Below are positions 12,255-26,049 of a DNA stretch of 64,000 nucleotides, piece by piece. A program made the position numbers and the translations under genes. Source of the stretch: Camelus dromedarius (Eukaryota); the NCBI RefSeq assembly GCF_036321535.1, contig NC_087437.1, forward strand, positions 45,262,001 through 45,326,000, written 5' to 3'. The stretch's first letter is position 1. Each line of letters opens with the position of its first letter. The notes under the pieces are model-generated. The model saw nothing but the letters and a program-made list of their open reading frames with translations. It was not told the origin of the DNA and made no database searches.

Positions 12255-14159
12255 TTTTCCTAAAATTGGCTAATCTTCCTAGAAAGAACATTTTTTTTTT
12301 CTATTTCCCTCAGGTGTGTCATCCATCCATAAAATATTGGTTTGACATTTGACAACAGAAGCACTAAGCATGCTACAAATTTGTGCACAGCAAGAATAAG
12401 AATAACTCATTTATCTTAGAGGGAAATTGTTAAAATTAAGACAGTGTAAATCAAGTTATATGGTGGATGAAATTTATGTAGTTAAATTCAAAATTATTAT
12501 TAAATAAAGGAAAGCACATTGCAGCTGTAAGTGCAAAGATCCTGGGTAGGTTTGGAGTCTACTTCAGTCATTTCTGCCTTATTGAGAATGTGGCAGGAGT
12601 CAGGAAGATTTTATTCTTTTTATGTTCCATACTCTTAATTTCATAAATTTATGACTCGCCAAATACAGTTCTTGCGTCACTTCACAGTTTTATATAAATA
12701 TTCATTTTGCTAAATAATAATAGAGGAAACTAAACTTCCAAATCTGGGGGAATTTATGATCTCATTATTAATCAGGAAACTTCCAGTCAATTCATGAAAA
12801 TATGAAACTGTAATATATGTGAAAAGGGAGAATTCGCTTCCATTTTCCCAGTGGATTAATAATATTAAAGTTTACTCTTGAGTAGGGAAAGGAGGTGGTG
12901 TACAGATTCCTTAGGGAGGATAAACAGGACAATCGTTTGTGAATAATTCTGGTGGTGAACAGTGTGGCTGGGTAGTCAAGTCTGGGACCAGAGTGGAAAA
13001 CTGAGTGTAATGGAAAACCTTTAGTGCATTATCAAAGAGGCAGTGACACTGGGAAGACAAATTTAACCTGGGAGCTAAGCAGGAGAGAAACAAATAGCTA
13101 CTGTTAAAAGAGTCAAGGATTAGAAAATGGGAGAAGCAACCAAGCAAAAGACATCAGAAATATGAAGGTCCATGTCCAAGGCCATCTGGCTACTGCCCTG
13201 GGGCATCTGTGAGGCAGAAGAGCTGCTAACTCTTGGCATCTTATACACAGAAGACACACAGCAAATAGTGGAGAAGATGCGCACTGACAAATAGAACCAA
13301 AGAAAAGAGGACACAGGTCAAAATATTATGGACTGTTAAATAATTCATAAGACATATCTTCAAGAAAAAAAGGAAAAAGTACCCCTATCTGTGAAGTATC
13401 AGGCAAAAAGGTTATGTATTTATTGTAAAGTGTGGTAGTGGGAGAAATGTTTAGAAAAGAAAAAGATTAATATTCTCTTCCTTATACAATTGCTCCATCC
13501 TGTACGGTTTTGGTTATTAGCACAGCATACACATCAGGAGTTAAAGAGATTTGTACACACCCCAGAGGAATTGTATAAGTTGTTCTCTGTTTCTCCAATG
13601 CAGTTGCAAACCCTGAAGCAGTTCAATGCGCTGAATGTTAATGGGCTTTCAGATAGTCTTCGGGAAGTTATCAGAAAAGAGTTGGCAATGAACTCTGATT
13701 ACTGTAATCTGAGAGTCTCCAGTGGAAAGCATAACAGTATAGACTTTGGGAAGCTAATGAATCTCTCAAGACCAAGAGAAACTTGATAGTACAATACAGG
13801 GAAAATAATAATATGCTTTGTGATTTACGTTTCTGAATTATGCTTTAGGAGGTCAGATATTTCAGAGGGGGTTTTTTAAGCTGAAAATTGAAAATCAGGT
13901 AGTTTTTTTTTAAGACAAGTTTTTATAGTGTTTTATGAAAATAAAAATAGTGTTAAATGGGTAACAGATTTTGCTAAAATAGAGCATAATTTAATTATTG
14001 AATATCAAAATTAAATGAGGCAAAACATTGTGAATATTAGGATAAATGTTAATACCACAATTGATATATAAGTCTGATTTTAACAATTTCAATTTGATTG
14101 TGCTTTTTTACTCTTCCTGCTATATTTAAGGAGTTGAAATAGTATAATACGAAAAGGAT

Positions 14160-14640
14160 TTTAGCTGATATCTGTCATTTTATCCGCTATCCAAAGTCTG
14201 AAGATGATTCCTTTTGGGGAAATTTCCTGTCTTGTGAGGCTCCGCAGAAAGCACGCTCCTGAATCCCACTGTGACAGTCAAAGAATTCACCTACTTCTCT
14301 TGTCCCATCTATGGTGAGGAAAAGCCTGAGACCCAACCTACGTGAAAATTTCACTCCTCTCTGGAAATTTCAAATCTAGTAGAAATGGTGGGAAAATACA
14401 GAGAGGGCTGGGCAAACATTCATGACACAGTACTGAGTGTCTAACTATAGCGTCAGGGCAAAAATTCAACAATGGTGGCATTGCAATCAGTGGCCTTCTT
14501 AGCAGCAAAACTGTTCATAGGCTAGACTGTTTCTGCTGTCTGCTGTCACTTGGTTCTTATCTATGTCCTGAGCTGGGTCCTTGTCCCCAGATTTCCCATA
14601 GATTCTCAATAGCTCATGAAATACTCAACATCCTTACCAT
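14160..14640 (+). mobile_element. ERVL LTR33-like LTR
   Basis: gctgatatctgtcatttt start, cacttggttcttatctatgtcctgagctgggt...tttcccatagattct end. Confidence 0.55.
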
Positions 14641-14649
14641 TTATAAGTC

Positions 14650-14972
14650 TTCGTTCAAAAACCTTTTCCACGAGCTCCCTTCACTGGCCTACCTGATATC
14701 GGCCCTACCCACACACCCTGCCACCTGCACTTCAATCCATCCTTACCATGCACTATGTTTATAGCAGTTATTAACCTCAGACATGAAATATAACATATTT
14801 ATTATGCTTATTGTTTATAATCTGCCTCCATCTCTGAGATGCAGGTGTTGTAAAGTCAGAGATCATTCTATTGTTCACTGTTGAGTACTAATGCCTAAAA
14901 CACTAGGCTATGTCTTAGGCACATAGTAAGATTCAATAAGTATTTGTAGAATGGACCCATGAATGAATGAAT
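14650..14972 (+). mobile_element. L2 3' end
   Basis: ggcacatagtaagattcaataagtatttgtagaatg...gaatgaatgaat tail. Confidence 0.75.
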
Positions 14973-14979
14973 ATTCAAC

Positions 14980-15290
14980 CCTCTCTGGCACCTTTGTGCT
15001 AAATGTTCCTTTGTCTAGAACGTTTTTTCCTCATTGCCACAAAGCAGCTCTTTCTGGTCATTCAGTTTTCAAAAACCTCCGAGAAGTCTTCCCTAACAAC
15101 ACAATCTGCGAGCGCTACCAATCATTTGCCATCTTATCACCCCATTCTCATAGTTCTTATCACTATTTAGTATTTTTTTGTATGTTTGTCGATTATATAT
15201 GCTTTGTCCCTCCCTCCCCCAGCCTTATTCACCTCTGAAACCCTAAGACCTAGAACAGTCACCATTATAAATCAGGCACATATTTATTAC
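14980..15290 (+). mobile_element. Second L2 3' fragment
   Basis: tgttcctttgtctagaacg, ttattcacctctgaaaccctaagacctagaacagt. Confidence 0.6.
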
Positions 15291-15589
15291 ATAAAAAATA
15301 TCACAAAGCTAACATATCAACTAAAAAGCATTAAAAGCAAATAAAAGCATATAAAAGCAAATTATATAGTAATGGTAGAATCTAATGCAGCCCTCTAATA
15401 GGTCAAAGCCCTTCAATAGGTGTTCTGCCAATTTAGCAATCTGAAGAAGTCTAAACAAGAGGACAATATGAAATACTATTACTTTTAGTAGGCTATAATA
15501 TAATGATTTCTCTAACTCAATCACAACCCAGCTGACAGACACATGGTTCAAACCCATAGAGCATCATAAATCTTCAACTACATCATTCT

Positions 15590-15725
15590 CTTATTTCTTA
15601 GAGTGTCTAATATTGCAGGCAGAGAGACACACTAATGCCAGCCCAAAGGTGGAAGCGTGCTTGGCAATTTGAAGGACAGAGAGGATTTCAGTGTAGATAG
15701 AGTGGGTTGAGTGAGGATGAGAACA
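15590..15725 (-). mobile_element. L2 fragment
   Basis: gcaggcagagagacac...gcccaaaggtggaagcgtgcttggcaatttgaaggacag. Confidence 0.5.
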
Positions 15726-15759
15726 GAAAAAGATGAGGCACTTTCTTTCATACTCTGCT

Positions 15760-16126
15760 CTTCTCTGGTCCCATTTAATTGGTCCAGGGGCAGACACCTG
15801 ACCCGGAAAAAAAAATTTTCCTGGGATGTTTAAAAAGGACCTTGGTGGTGCTATGAGATACAGGATACAGCAGCTACCAGCAGCCATGTCTATCTGATGG
15901 GAACTATCTGAAAAACATGAAGCAATCGTGTGTCACCTGTCACTAGGAGACGCATGAAGCAGAAGAAATGCTATGTTCTAGTAGCAATGTTCCAAGCCTT
16001 GGTTTAATTCCCTGAAGCCCAGCTGCAATGCTGCCCTTCCTATAGTCTCATAGATGGCAAATCATCCTTTTTCTTCCCTTAAATTGAAGTAGGATTTCTA
16101 TCACTTTAAACTGGAGCTCCCTATTC
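15760..16126 (+). mobile_element. Old MaLR LTR (MLT1K/L-like)
   Basis: attggtccaggggcagacacctgaccc, cagcagccatgt, ttgaagtaggatttctatcactt. Confidence 0.6.
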
Positions 16127-16138
16127 CTGCCAAAAAGG

Positions 16139-16164
16139 AAAAAAAAAAAAAAAAAAAAAAAAAA
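16139..16164. repeat. Poly(A) tract, 26 nt
   Basis: Direct read. Confidence 0.95.
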
Positions 16165-16272
16165 GAATATAGGTAAGCTTTTCTGATTGAAGCCCAGACA
16201 GTGGCTCAGCGTATTTGCAGTCCTCCCCTTTCAGGTTTCTCAGGCACATCCAGGAACTCCCTGGACCACCAC

Positions 16273-16327
16273 AAAAAAAAAAATAATAATAATAATAATA
16301 ATAATAATGTTATTAGTATTATTATTT
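16273..16327. repeat. A-run plus (AAT)9 followed by an imperfect inverted (ATT)n tract
   Basis: aat x9 at 16282-16308, then gttattagtattattattt. Confidence 0.9.
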
Positions 16328-17197
16328 AAAACACTGTCCCAGCAAAGGTGTTCGAAGTATCTAAAGGTCTCATTAGCAATTCTTTCTCAACCCCCACTTG
16401 TCTTCCTTTTCCCCTTTTAATTTCTTCCCTTCACCTCATCTTCCTTTGTTTTCTTCTTTTTCTCAGCAGGACATTCTCCTCCCTTCCTAGAATTATCCCT
16501 CCACACGCCAAAATCCTCCAAGTGAATGCAACTCAGTTTGTATTTCACCATCTTCTCCATTAATCTCTGACCCCATCAACAAGAACAGATCTCTCTCTCC
16601 TCTGAACTCCTTGGGCACTGGCACTTAGCCACTGCTCTTTCTGTGTACTTATCAATCCTGGCCAGTACTGCTTTTATTTAACTATGAACTAAATTAATTC
16701 ATGAATATTTCAACACAATGCAAAAATAGAACCTAGAGATCCCAATATGTCACATCATATATGTATTCCTAAACATTATTTGACTGATTGATGAAATATT
16801 TCTGGAGCATTGTCCAAAAGATACGAAATTAAGTCATTGTAGCCACAGTTTAACAATTATCTTTGTGTTAAGGTGGACTACATCAGAGAACTCCACACTT
16901 GGATGAGACTCATGGAATTTCTTTTACTGCATAGCTTGTAAAAAATATCAAGTTGTTTAAATAATATAAAGGCACAGCTGGAAGGACGTTCTGCCAAGCA
17001 GGCAGAGTGAAGAAAGCGGTCACCTTTAAAGGGTGGGAATTGTGGGAAGAGAGGTTAAGAAGGAAGAAGTGAAAAAATGTTCGTTTTCAATACATTTCTG
17101 TTTTGTTTGTTTTCGTTTTTACAATAAAGATTTTCTAAAAAGTAAGAAACAGCTCTGGGAAATTTATCTTATTTACAGCAAGGGTGCTAGGACATAC

Positions 17198-17241
17198 TGA
17201 CCTATAATGTGAAATTTTATAATGACCTATAAGTGAAATTT
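17198..17241. repeat. Short local duplication (~20 bp x2)
   Basis: tgacctataatgtgaaattt / tgacctataagtgaaattt. Confidence 0.85.
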
Positions 17242-19179
17242 CTCTCTGCTGTAAGTCCCCACAAGTTTAAGCATCAATGTGATTTCTCCTGAGGCATAGA
17301 TTTTTTTTTTCCTTTTGGAAATTGTGAATTACATAGTGGCAACTGTATACTAGTATCTTTGAGTTTTCACACAGTTTACCAACTACTTTGAAAAATAGTC
17401 TTCAAGTCCTTCTGTCTCTACAACAGGGGTATTAATTCCATATTTGGGTGAGGGAAAGACTGAATAAAATATGTAAATAGGGCCAATATGTGCTCTTTAC
17501 AGTCCCTGGCTCAGAGTAAGGAGTTAAAAATTAGAAGCCTTCATCATTTTCTTCTTTATTATAACATTAATGATGATAATGATGACTTTAAATATTAAAG
17601 TATTTGGCATTATATTATGCAGTGTTTTTCCCCTCTATTATGTTTTCTTGGTGCTTAAAATGTAAAAATTCAACACCTATTCAGTTCAGTTATTTTTTGT
17701 TTGTTTGTTTAATATTTTAGAAGTTCTGCATGGATAAGATTTTCTTTTTCAAATGGTACAGAAGATCAGAAAGATGATAAAGCTCTCTCTCAAATAAACA
17801 GTAATTTTTAGGCAGCCATTGTTAACAGCTTTTGTTTTTAGTTGGTTTAATGATTACCATTAGAAAAACCTAGAACATATTTATATCCCTAATTTTGAAT
17901 TATAAACTTTAGTTCGTTTCTTGTATCCTTTCAAGTTTTAATAGAAATGCTGCATGTAACATTTTGTTAAAATCTGTCTTGCACTAGTTGGATAAATCCA
18001 AGGAGGAAAAAAATGGTAGATTGTATGAAGTCATGGGATGGCAATTGGGCAGGAAAAGGGAAGCGTAGGAATGAGAACATAAGCAGTGTTATGTTCATCT
18101 TATAGACCCCAGCTGACAAAATAGTTTTCAGATCTAGTCATGGACTTCTGTTTTATCTAAGATTATCATCTGGTGAAATAAAGTTCAAGAAGCTCCAAGC
18201 TTGATCAGCTTATTCTAAGTTTTTACATCATAGAGAATGGGGTAGTTGATGACTTCCTAAAGCCTGATTTTCTTTTTACAGCAGTGGGTCTTTGTAAATG
18301 GATGGCAGTCTCCCCCTTTAAACATAAGCTCTGTTAGGATACTGCTTTGTTCCCTGCTATGTTGCCAGAATCCAAAACTGTCTCAATGAATATCTGGTAA
18401 ATCAATCAGTGTCTCTCTTTTAGTGTTGACTGATACATTTCCTGCTGAACTGTGACCTTTACTTCAGCAAGTGGTCAGGATCTCATGATTTTCACTTGCC
18501 ATATTCACCTGACTCATGAATTTCTCTATTCTTGTTTTCCCATCTTTCAGATTTTTTTCACATCCATCATTTTGAACACATTTTTGTACTTTTCACAGTA
18601 AGACGATTTTCTTTCATGAAAATAATCTTAGATAATTATTTTTGGTTCAATGCTAAGTAGAACTGAGTAAATCAATGCAATTCATGTATCCATGTAATTA
18701 CAGAACAGAATGCGATACTTACGGCTCTTACTAAATACACTGACTTCAATTTTCAGGGTGGGAAAGATTGACAAATTTCAAGGCACACAAGGGAGCCCCC
18801 CCAAAACTGATTCTCCAACCAAAAAATAGCATCATTTGATAGAATAATACAGTTGTTTGAAATATTAAAAAAAAAAACTAGTTGCAAAACATTCAATGTT
18901 TTGTTAGTCAATCTCCATTTAAAATCACTGAGGGAACTGAATCTAGAGAGTCTGGAGATGAGTACTGTTTGTTCCATAAATAATAACTGCCTACCATGTA
19001 TACATGCATATGACATGTCTATATATGTGTGTGTATCTATATCCCTATATTCTAAAATTGAAGCACATGTGTATGGAATTTGCCTAAGAATAGCAGACAT
19101 TTCTTGAGAAAGTACAGGTAACAATTGCAGCCTCACAGTATTGTCACAATGATTTTACGAAAGTGTCACTGACCTATTG

Positions 19180-19360
19180 TTAGATTAACTACATCAAAAT
19201 GACTTATGGAGATTTTATAGATTAGAGATTCTTGGGTTCTACCAACAAATACTCTGCTTTGTAAGTCTTGGGTGAGGTACTAATCTCTGATTTTCCTAAA
19301 TTATTTTCTCAAAGTCCCTCAGGTGATTACGGTGAGCACTCTAATTTGTGAAACACACTG
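19180..19360. mobile_element. MER5-like hAT MITE
   Basis: catcaaaatgacttatggag...agattcttgggttctacc...aagtccctcaggtgatt...tttgtgaaacacactg. Confidence 0.6.
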
Positions 19361-20989
19361 AAGCACTATTGCAGGTGGGCAGAACCAGGCTGACCTGCAG
19401 TGGTCTGCCATGTTCCAAATCTGCTCTCCACCTTAAAGGTCCAGAAAGTCATTCTTGTTAGGTGCAAAGTGCCTATTGTTACATAAAGGGTATCAGAATG
19501 TCATCATCAGTCAGTGAGAAGCATAAATATCACATGTATGCAAATACCTGTCATAGCAAGATGTATGGAAAGCCAATCAGCATCTGCAAGTTTGGGATAA
19601 ATATGAAATCAGGAAAACAGCATTAGATAAATTGAGTTTTCGTGTTACAAGCCTAACCTTGTCAGATGCAGGCAGCTTACATTTATGATAGTTTTGCTAA
19701 TGGGACTGAAAATATACAAAGAATATTTGCTAATTCTTTCCTCTCTCTGGGAAGGGTTTATTTGGGCTTTGGCAACATTTGCTTTATAATTCTCTCTTCA
19801 TTCTTTGCATCCTTAGATTACGTGCAAATCTTTGTGTTAACACACATTTCTGTAGATTTTGTCATGTATTCATTTAGGACACATTCAAGCCACAAGGGCT
19901 TAGGAGCTAGTGCATTTCTTCCAAATGAATTCAATTATCTAAGCTCTAGTCTACTATGTCTTGAGTTCCTAATTTAACTTTTAAGAGGAAATCTAATTTT
20001 CCTAAGTTTTTAATAAAAATTTCAAAACAGCACCCAAGTAATGAGATAGCCTATAGACACATAAGGAATTTTCTACATTACATCAAATATATGTGTGTAG
20101 ATATAAGTATGCTTATTTTTTATTTTTTATATAAGTAGGGATTCAGGGAATCACAAGACAGATGACTTTAGGGAAAAAAGTATCTGCACTATGAATAGAA
20201 GGAGCTGATTTGTAGTCACACAAAAATATAGGGATATTGTAGGATGATAAATGAGCCCAAATTTCAAGATGAGCTAGTTGCAAAACAATTTTCCTCTCAC
20301 TGGGTGATAAATACTAATTAAAATGAGATAATGGTGAGGAATGATAAAAGATGGGTAGACACAAAGGGAGGTACTAGTGAAGGATGCAGACATGTGAAAG
20401 GGTAAAAAGCAGGAAGCCATACTGTGGAAGAGCCCTATTTCCCACTGGCTTATTATGAGCCAGGCAACCGCTGATCACAGGTGCCCTTCAGTGCAAAAGC
20501 ACTAAGGTGGGAATAGAGTGAAGGTAGTTCTGGCTAAGCTGGTTGTCACCTGTTTTAAGTGACCAAATGCAGGATGACTGAGAGAGTACCATTCTTACCA
20601 GATTTGGTTCCGTTCCAGTGATCTGACACTTTGTGATAGCAGAATTCTTAGGTCAAAGTAAATGGGCATGATCCAATTCAGAAATTCAACAAAACACATT
20701 TCATTAATAAGACTTTTACAATCCTGCACATGTCGACATACATCTTTGTCCTTTATTTTCAGTAATTCTAAGTCCCTATTTTCACTATTCAGAGGGTGAA
20801 GTGAATAAGTCCAATTCATTATGAGTCTGGAATACCAGAAGATTGATTTTCTGTCAACAAAGCATATGATTTTTTCTCTACTTACCCCAGGGATAAAGAC
20901 TGTGGATTGTCCCCTAGTGTCTATTTTCCATTCATCCTTTTGAAAATAGAATGCAACAGAAATACATGTCACTTCCCAGTCAAAGAAAT

Positions 20990-21290
20990 GAAAACCATAA
21001 AATATATTCTTACATTCTTAGGCAAAATGAGAAAATTTGGAAATGAATAATGTATTAGTTATTATGGAATTATTATTATTTTTCTCATTTGTGATAATGG
21101 TACTACAGTTATGGAGAGAAAGTTCCTGTTTTCCTTTTTTTTTTTTTTTGTAATGGTTCACAATGTTTGCTACCTACTTTCAAATCATTAATATATCTAT
21201 CCAATGCTTTTAGATACAGAAGTTTGAAGATGGGCTTGGTATTTGATGATATTAAATAATTAAGGTCAATTTTGTTTTATGTAATAACAT
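20990..21290 (+). mobile_element. L1ME/L1MC 3' UTR fragments
   Basis: gaaaatttggaaatgaa...tgtgataatggtact, tatttgatgatattaa. Confidence 0.5.
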
Positions 21291-21929
21291 TTTACACAAC
21301 AAGTACCCCCAATTCACAGTGGATCAGAGTACTAATAAAATCACAAAAGAGATTGTTGCATTATCAGAATTAATAAACTATCAGCAGCCACTGAAAATAT
21401 GACCAAATATATTCAGGCAAGTTCTCAATTTAGATTGCAACATGCCAGTTCAAAAGTTAAGACATTCAAGAGAAGATGTGGCACAGGAAGAAGAAAAAAT
21501 AAATCAAAAGGATGAATTATCTCTATATATTAAAAAAAAAAACTAAATGGTAAGGATCACTCCTGAGGTATTCCTTCAGTTTATTCTATTTTTAAATCTG
21601 CTCTTAATATCAAAAAATAAGATGTAACTTCCAATGAGAATGATGAATAGGCTCCAGTTCCTTCCCTCCTAATTTGTTAAAACTTCGTATCAGTCTAGAA
21701 AGATCCTTGGCCTTATTTCCAGGACCGGATACCTTGTCCAATATGCAAGAATTTCAGGACTTTTCGAATCAGGATCAAGGGTAAAACTAGTTTCAGGAAC
21801 TCTAAATCTCATGAAAAATAGTATCTTAACCACTAGAGGATATAGAAGTGACAGCATCTTACAGATGTCTTCAATGATCCATCAGGGAATACACATCTCT
21901 CTGAATACACATCGGGCTACTGTCACACT

Positions 21930-22480
21930 GCCTTACTTTTTCAAGGGGTATAATCAAGCTTACAGCCACACTGTGGTGAAACTGTCACTCATGAGGACAT
22001 TAAAAAATGCTGCTAAAATTTCATTTTTCTGGCCACATTTACTTGACATCTTAGCGATCTACAAACCTGTTGACTACACTCCACTTCTTGTCTCTTGGGG
22101 GAATCTAATGTCATTGGCCTCACCTTCTCAGTCTCCTTACTCTTTCTCTTTCAAGAAACCTCTAAAATTGATGTGTCCTAGGCCATTTTAACTCTTTTCT
22201 TTTCTCAATATTTTCTCCCAATAATTTTATACATACTGTGAATGTACAATCTATCTTCACACTGTGGATTCCACATTCATATCCTTGAATAGAGAAGTAT
22301 TTTCCACGTCAACTTTCCTTAGATTTATGAGGAATATCTAATTCCTTTCTTTTCCTTAAGACCTTCATTTAATTCATTAGCCTATCTTGTTAGACTTTCC
22401 AAATCATATCCCTTATTCACCCACTTTTCTCCATCTATTTCTACCCTCCTAATCCAAATCATGTAAAGCAGTGCAATGAT
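21930..22480 (+). mobile_element. L2 fragments
   Basis: tttacttgacatcttagcgatc...tgttgactacact, ccaaatcatatcccttattcacccacttttctccatct. Confidence 0.55.
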
Positions 22481-22509
22481 CCTATTCCCACCATAGTTTG
22501 GATTTAGTA

Positions 22510-25500
22510 TGTTTAAATTATTGTGCAATTTTCCAAAACCACACAAGAACAGTGTCTGATACAATAAATTATTTCATACCCATCATCCACATTCAATAGT
22601 TATCAAAATATCTCCATATTTACCTAATCTCTATTTTCCCTTTCCTGTCTTTTTTTTTTTTTTAAACAAATCATTCAAAAGCAAATTACAGACTTCCTCT
22701 TATTTCACTAATAAATACTTCAGTATGGGTATAAAACACACAAGTAACTTTTCACATAATCATCATGCCATTATTACATTAATAGTAACAATAGTTCCTA
22801 AATATAACCCAATATCCAGTTCATAGTAACATTTCTTAGCTATACTAAAATGTCTTTTTATAGTTGCTTTTTTTGATTTCTTGGTCAGGATACAAACAAA
22901 TTCTGCACAGTTCATGTCATTGTTATATCTCCTACATCTCTTTTATTCTACAGCTATTTCCTACCTTCTGTTAATTGTTTCATTTGATAAACCAGGATAT
23001 TTCTCTTCCAGAATGTTCAACATCTATATTGACTGACTGATTCTCCAATGTGTCTACTATGTCCTGAAAGCTGTTTGTTAAATCAAGGAGCTGGATGATA
23101 CTCAGGCTCCATTTCTTAGGCAAAAATCCTTAAAAGGTGTGGCCTTACTACTTCCTATTACATCACGTCATGAAGTTTATCATGTTGCTTATCCCACTGT
23201 ATGAGAAGATGGATCAATTCATCAGGTGGGTTCATACCTTCCTTCCTTTACAGCTCCCTGTCAAAGTAACACCTAATGTTCTGTTTTTCTCAGTGTATCT
23301 TCCTACACCTAATGGTAAATGCACAGGCAAATTGGTTAGATTGTTAAATTTATCTCTAAAGAGATTATACCACCCTGCATTTTCACCAGCAAAGTATGAG
23401 AATGCCTATTTCATTCCATCTTTACCAAGAAAATATGTTGTCAATCTTTTGGATTTTTGACTATCTGATAAATAAAAAATAATATCTCAGGATTATCATT
23501 TTAATTTGTATGTTAAGTATTTTAAGTAAAGCTGAACATCTTTCAATATGCTTATGAGTCACTCGAATCTGTATCTGCCCATTCCTTTATTGGTTCGTTT
23601 CTATTTTCTTGATTTTGGAGAAATATTTTAATATTAAAATATTCTTTGGGACATAAATTGTAAATAATTATTCCTGAGTTTGTATACATTTGTACATTTT
23701 TGTCATTTAGAGGTATAATTGGTCAAACTTTGTTTTATGGATTCAGGAGTTTGAATCATTTATCCTCTTCCCAGATTATAGTGATCCACCAAGTGTTTGT
23801 TCTTGAACCTGTGTATATTATTTATATTTCATGTTGTTTACATATAAATTACCCATTTTTAATTTATTCTGGTGTATGGTGTGAAGAATGAATTCAATTT
23901 AATTTTTTACTTTTTCTATATGGCTAACCTGTTGTTCAAAACCATTTATTCAAAATTCTGTCTTCCTCCACTAATTTGGAATGCTGCCTTTATCAGATAC
24001 AATGCTGTTTACATGTACTTTAGTTTATGCCTGGATTTAGTATTCTTTTTCATTAATTTTCAGTATAGTCACTTGTCAGCACTACTTTGTTTTAATACAA
24101 AGTCTGTATAATACACTATAACATCTAGTATATCTGTATAATATACTATAACATCTACCTAAATATTGCTCTTATTTTTCAGGTTTTTCCAAGATATTTT
24201 TTTTTCTTTTATGAATTTTATAATCAATTGAACTAACTTCAGGAAAAAAAATTTTATCGTATTTGTATCGGGCTCATGTTAAACTCATAAATTCTTAAGG
24301 ACAGTTGACACTTTATGATGCTGTACTCTCTTAACTAGGAACATAGTATTTTTTTCATTACTTCAAGGATATCGCTGTGTTCTTCAGGACTGTGTTATAG
24401 TGTTTCTCATAACTATCTTCTCATAGATTTTTTTCCCACAACTCTTTCTAGGTATATCTAGGTATTTTATGTTTATTTTTGCTAATATAAGTGGAGTATT
24501 CTCATTTGTTATACATTCTAACTGGTTTTATTTCTATACATGAAAACTATTGATTTATCAGTGTTAAATATATGTTATTTGCCTAAAATTTATCTTTCAG
24601 TTTTTTATTGATACTCTTGTGTTTTCCAATTACACAATCTAACCCTTTGCAATTATAGTTTTGTCATTTTCTTTTCCAATACATCTTGAATTACTTTTGG
24701 TGACCTAATTGCACTGTCGGATGTCTCAAAATCAATGCTACTTATCAGTCATTCTATAACAATTATCCTAGTTATATTTGTGATGTTATTATGGAGCCTC
24801 TTGAGTTTTCCCATTAAAACACTGGCTTTGGGATGATATATTAATTAATAGTAAATCACCTTAAATAAATATCCATCAGTTACTACATTAATGAGCCATT
24901 TCACAATAAAGTATGAGTATTCAATATTGTCACAGGCCCCTATATGTGATTACCATATGATTGACATGGTAAAGGATTTTCCAATATTTAATCACCCTCG
25001 AATTTCTGTCTCAACTCATTCTGCACGTGATATATTATTTTTAAATTGCAGTTGGATTTTGCTAACATATTATTTAAATTTGTTATATTCACTAGTGAGG
25101 TAGTACTTTCCTTTTGTTCCTATGTGCAGTCTCTCTGAGTCCTGTTAATTTTACCTATGTTTTGTTAAATTAATTTAGAAGTTTTCTTTATTTTTGATAT
25201 TTTGGAAAGTTTAATTAACAACTGGAATTTAAAAATTGGAATTTTCTGATCTTTAAGTTTTGTATTATCATGTGAGCTCATCTGAGCCTGGTGCATTTTA
25301 TGCACAGATCCTCTATACATTTCTATACATTTTTTAAATATAGAAACTGTCTTTTAAAAATTTCTTTCTCTCTCCATTAGTAAATTACATTTTCCTAAAG
25401 CTTCCCATTTCATCTACATTTTCAAGTTTATTGACATTGAATTTAACAAAGTCTCATGATTTTTTGCAAGTTTCTCTGTTCTGATGATGATATTTTATTA

Positions 25501-25890
25501 CTATTTCTTATTCTGTGTGTTTGTGCATTCTCCCACACACAGGCTCATGCATTACTAATGTTACCACCACCAAAATGATTATCTAGACTGTTTAAATCTT
25601 GGCATTTGTTCTGGGCATCGTAAGTCCCCCTCTCCTACTTGGCCTGTATTCTCCTGGACTGGGAATCAGAAAACACCCTAAAAATAAATATAGGGAGAAA
25701 CACTGATTTATCTCAGTGCTTTTCTCTTTTATCTGGGATCATGTCCAATGCAGTCCTGGTGGCTTTAGTGGCTCTGTGATGCTTTCAAGTGGTCATTATT
25801 GCAGTAGTAGTTGTTGTTTAGTGTTTTATCACATTTTTAAAATTGTTCCTGGCAGGAGGATTAGTTTGACACAAACCACAATATTAGAAC
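22510..25890 (-). mobile_element. Ancient, heavily deleted L1M (3' UTR, ORF2 remnants, 5' end)
   Basis: T-rich strand. ccagcaaagtatgagaatgcct, tatgtgaagaatgaa-type and gcagttggattttgctaacat ORF2 motifs. 25600-25890 resembles the reverse complement of the L1M 5' end at 680-810. Confidence 0.7.
24103..24157. repeat. Tandem duplication, 25 bp x2 (30-bp period)
   Basis: tctgtataatacactataacatcta / tctgtataatatactataacatcta, one mismatch. Confidence 0.9.
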
Positions 25891-26049
25891 ACTTATCTTC
25901 TTGCAATTATTATCTACAAGCAAGCAAATCAATCTCTCAAAGTGGAAATCAGAGCATATCAGTTTCCTACTTTTAATTTTCCAATGGCTCTCCTTTGGGT
26001 TTGAATTTAAATTCAGCCACCTTACTATCTCTAGAGAGCTTTCTATAAG

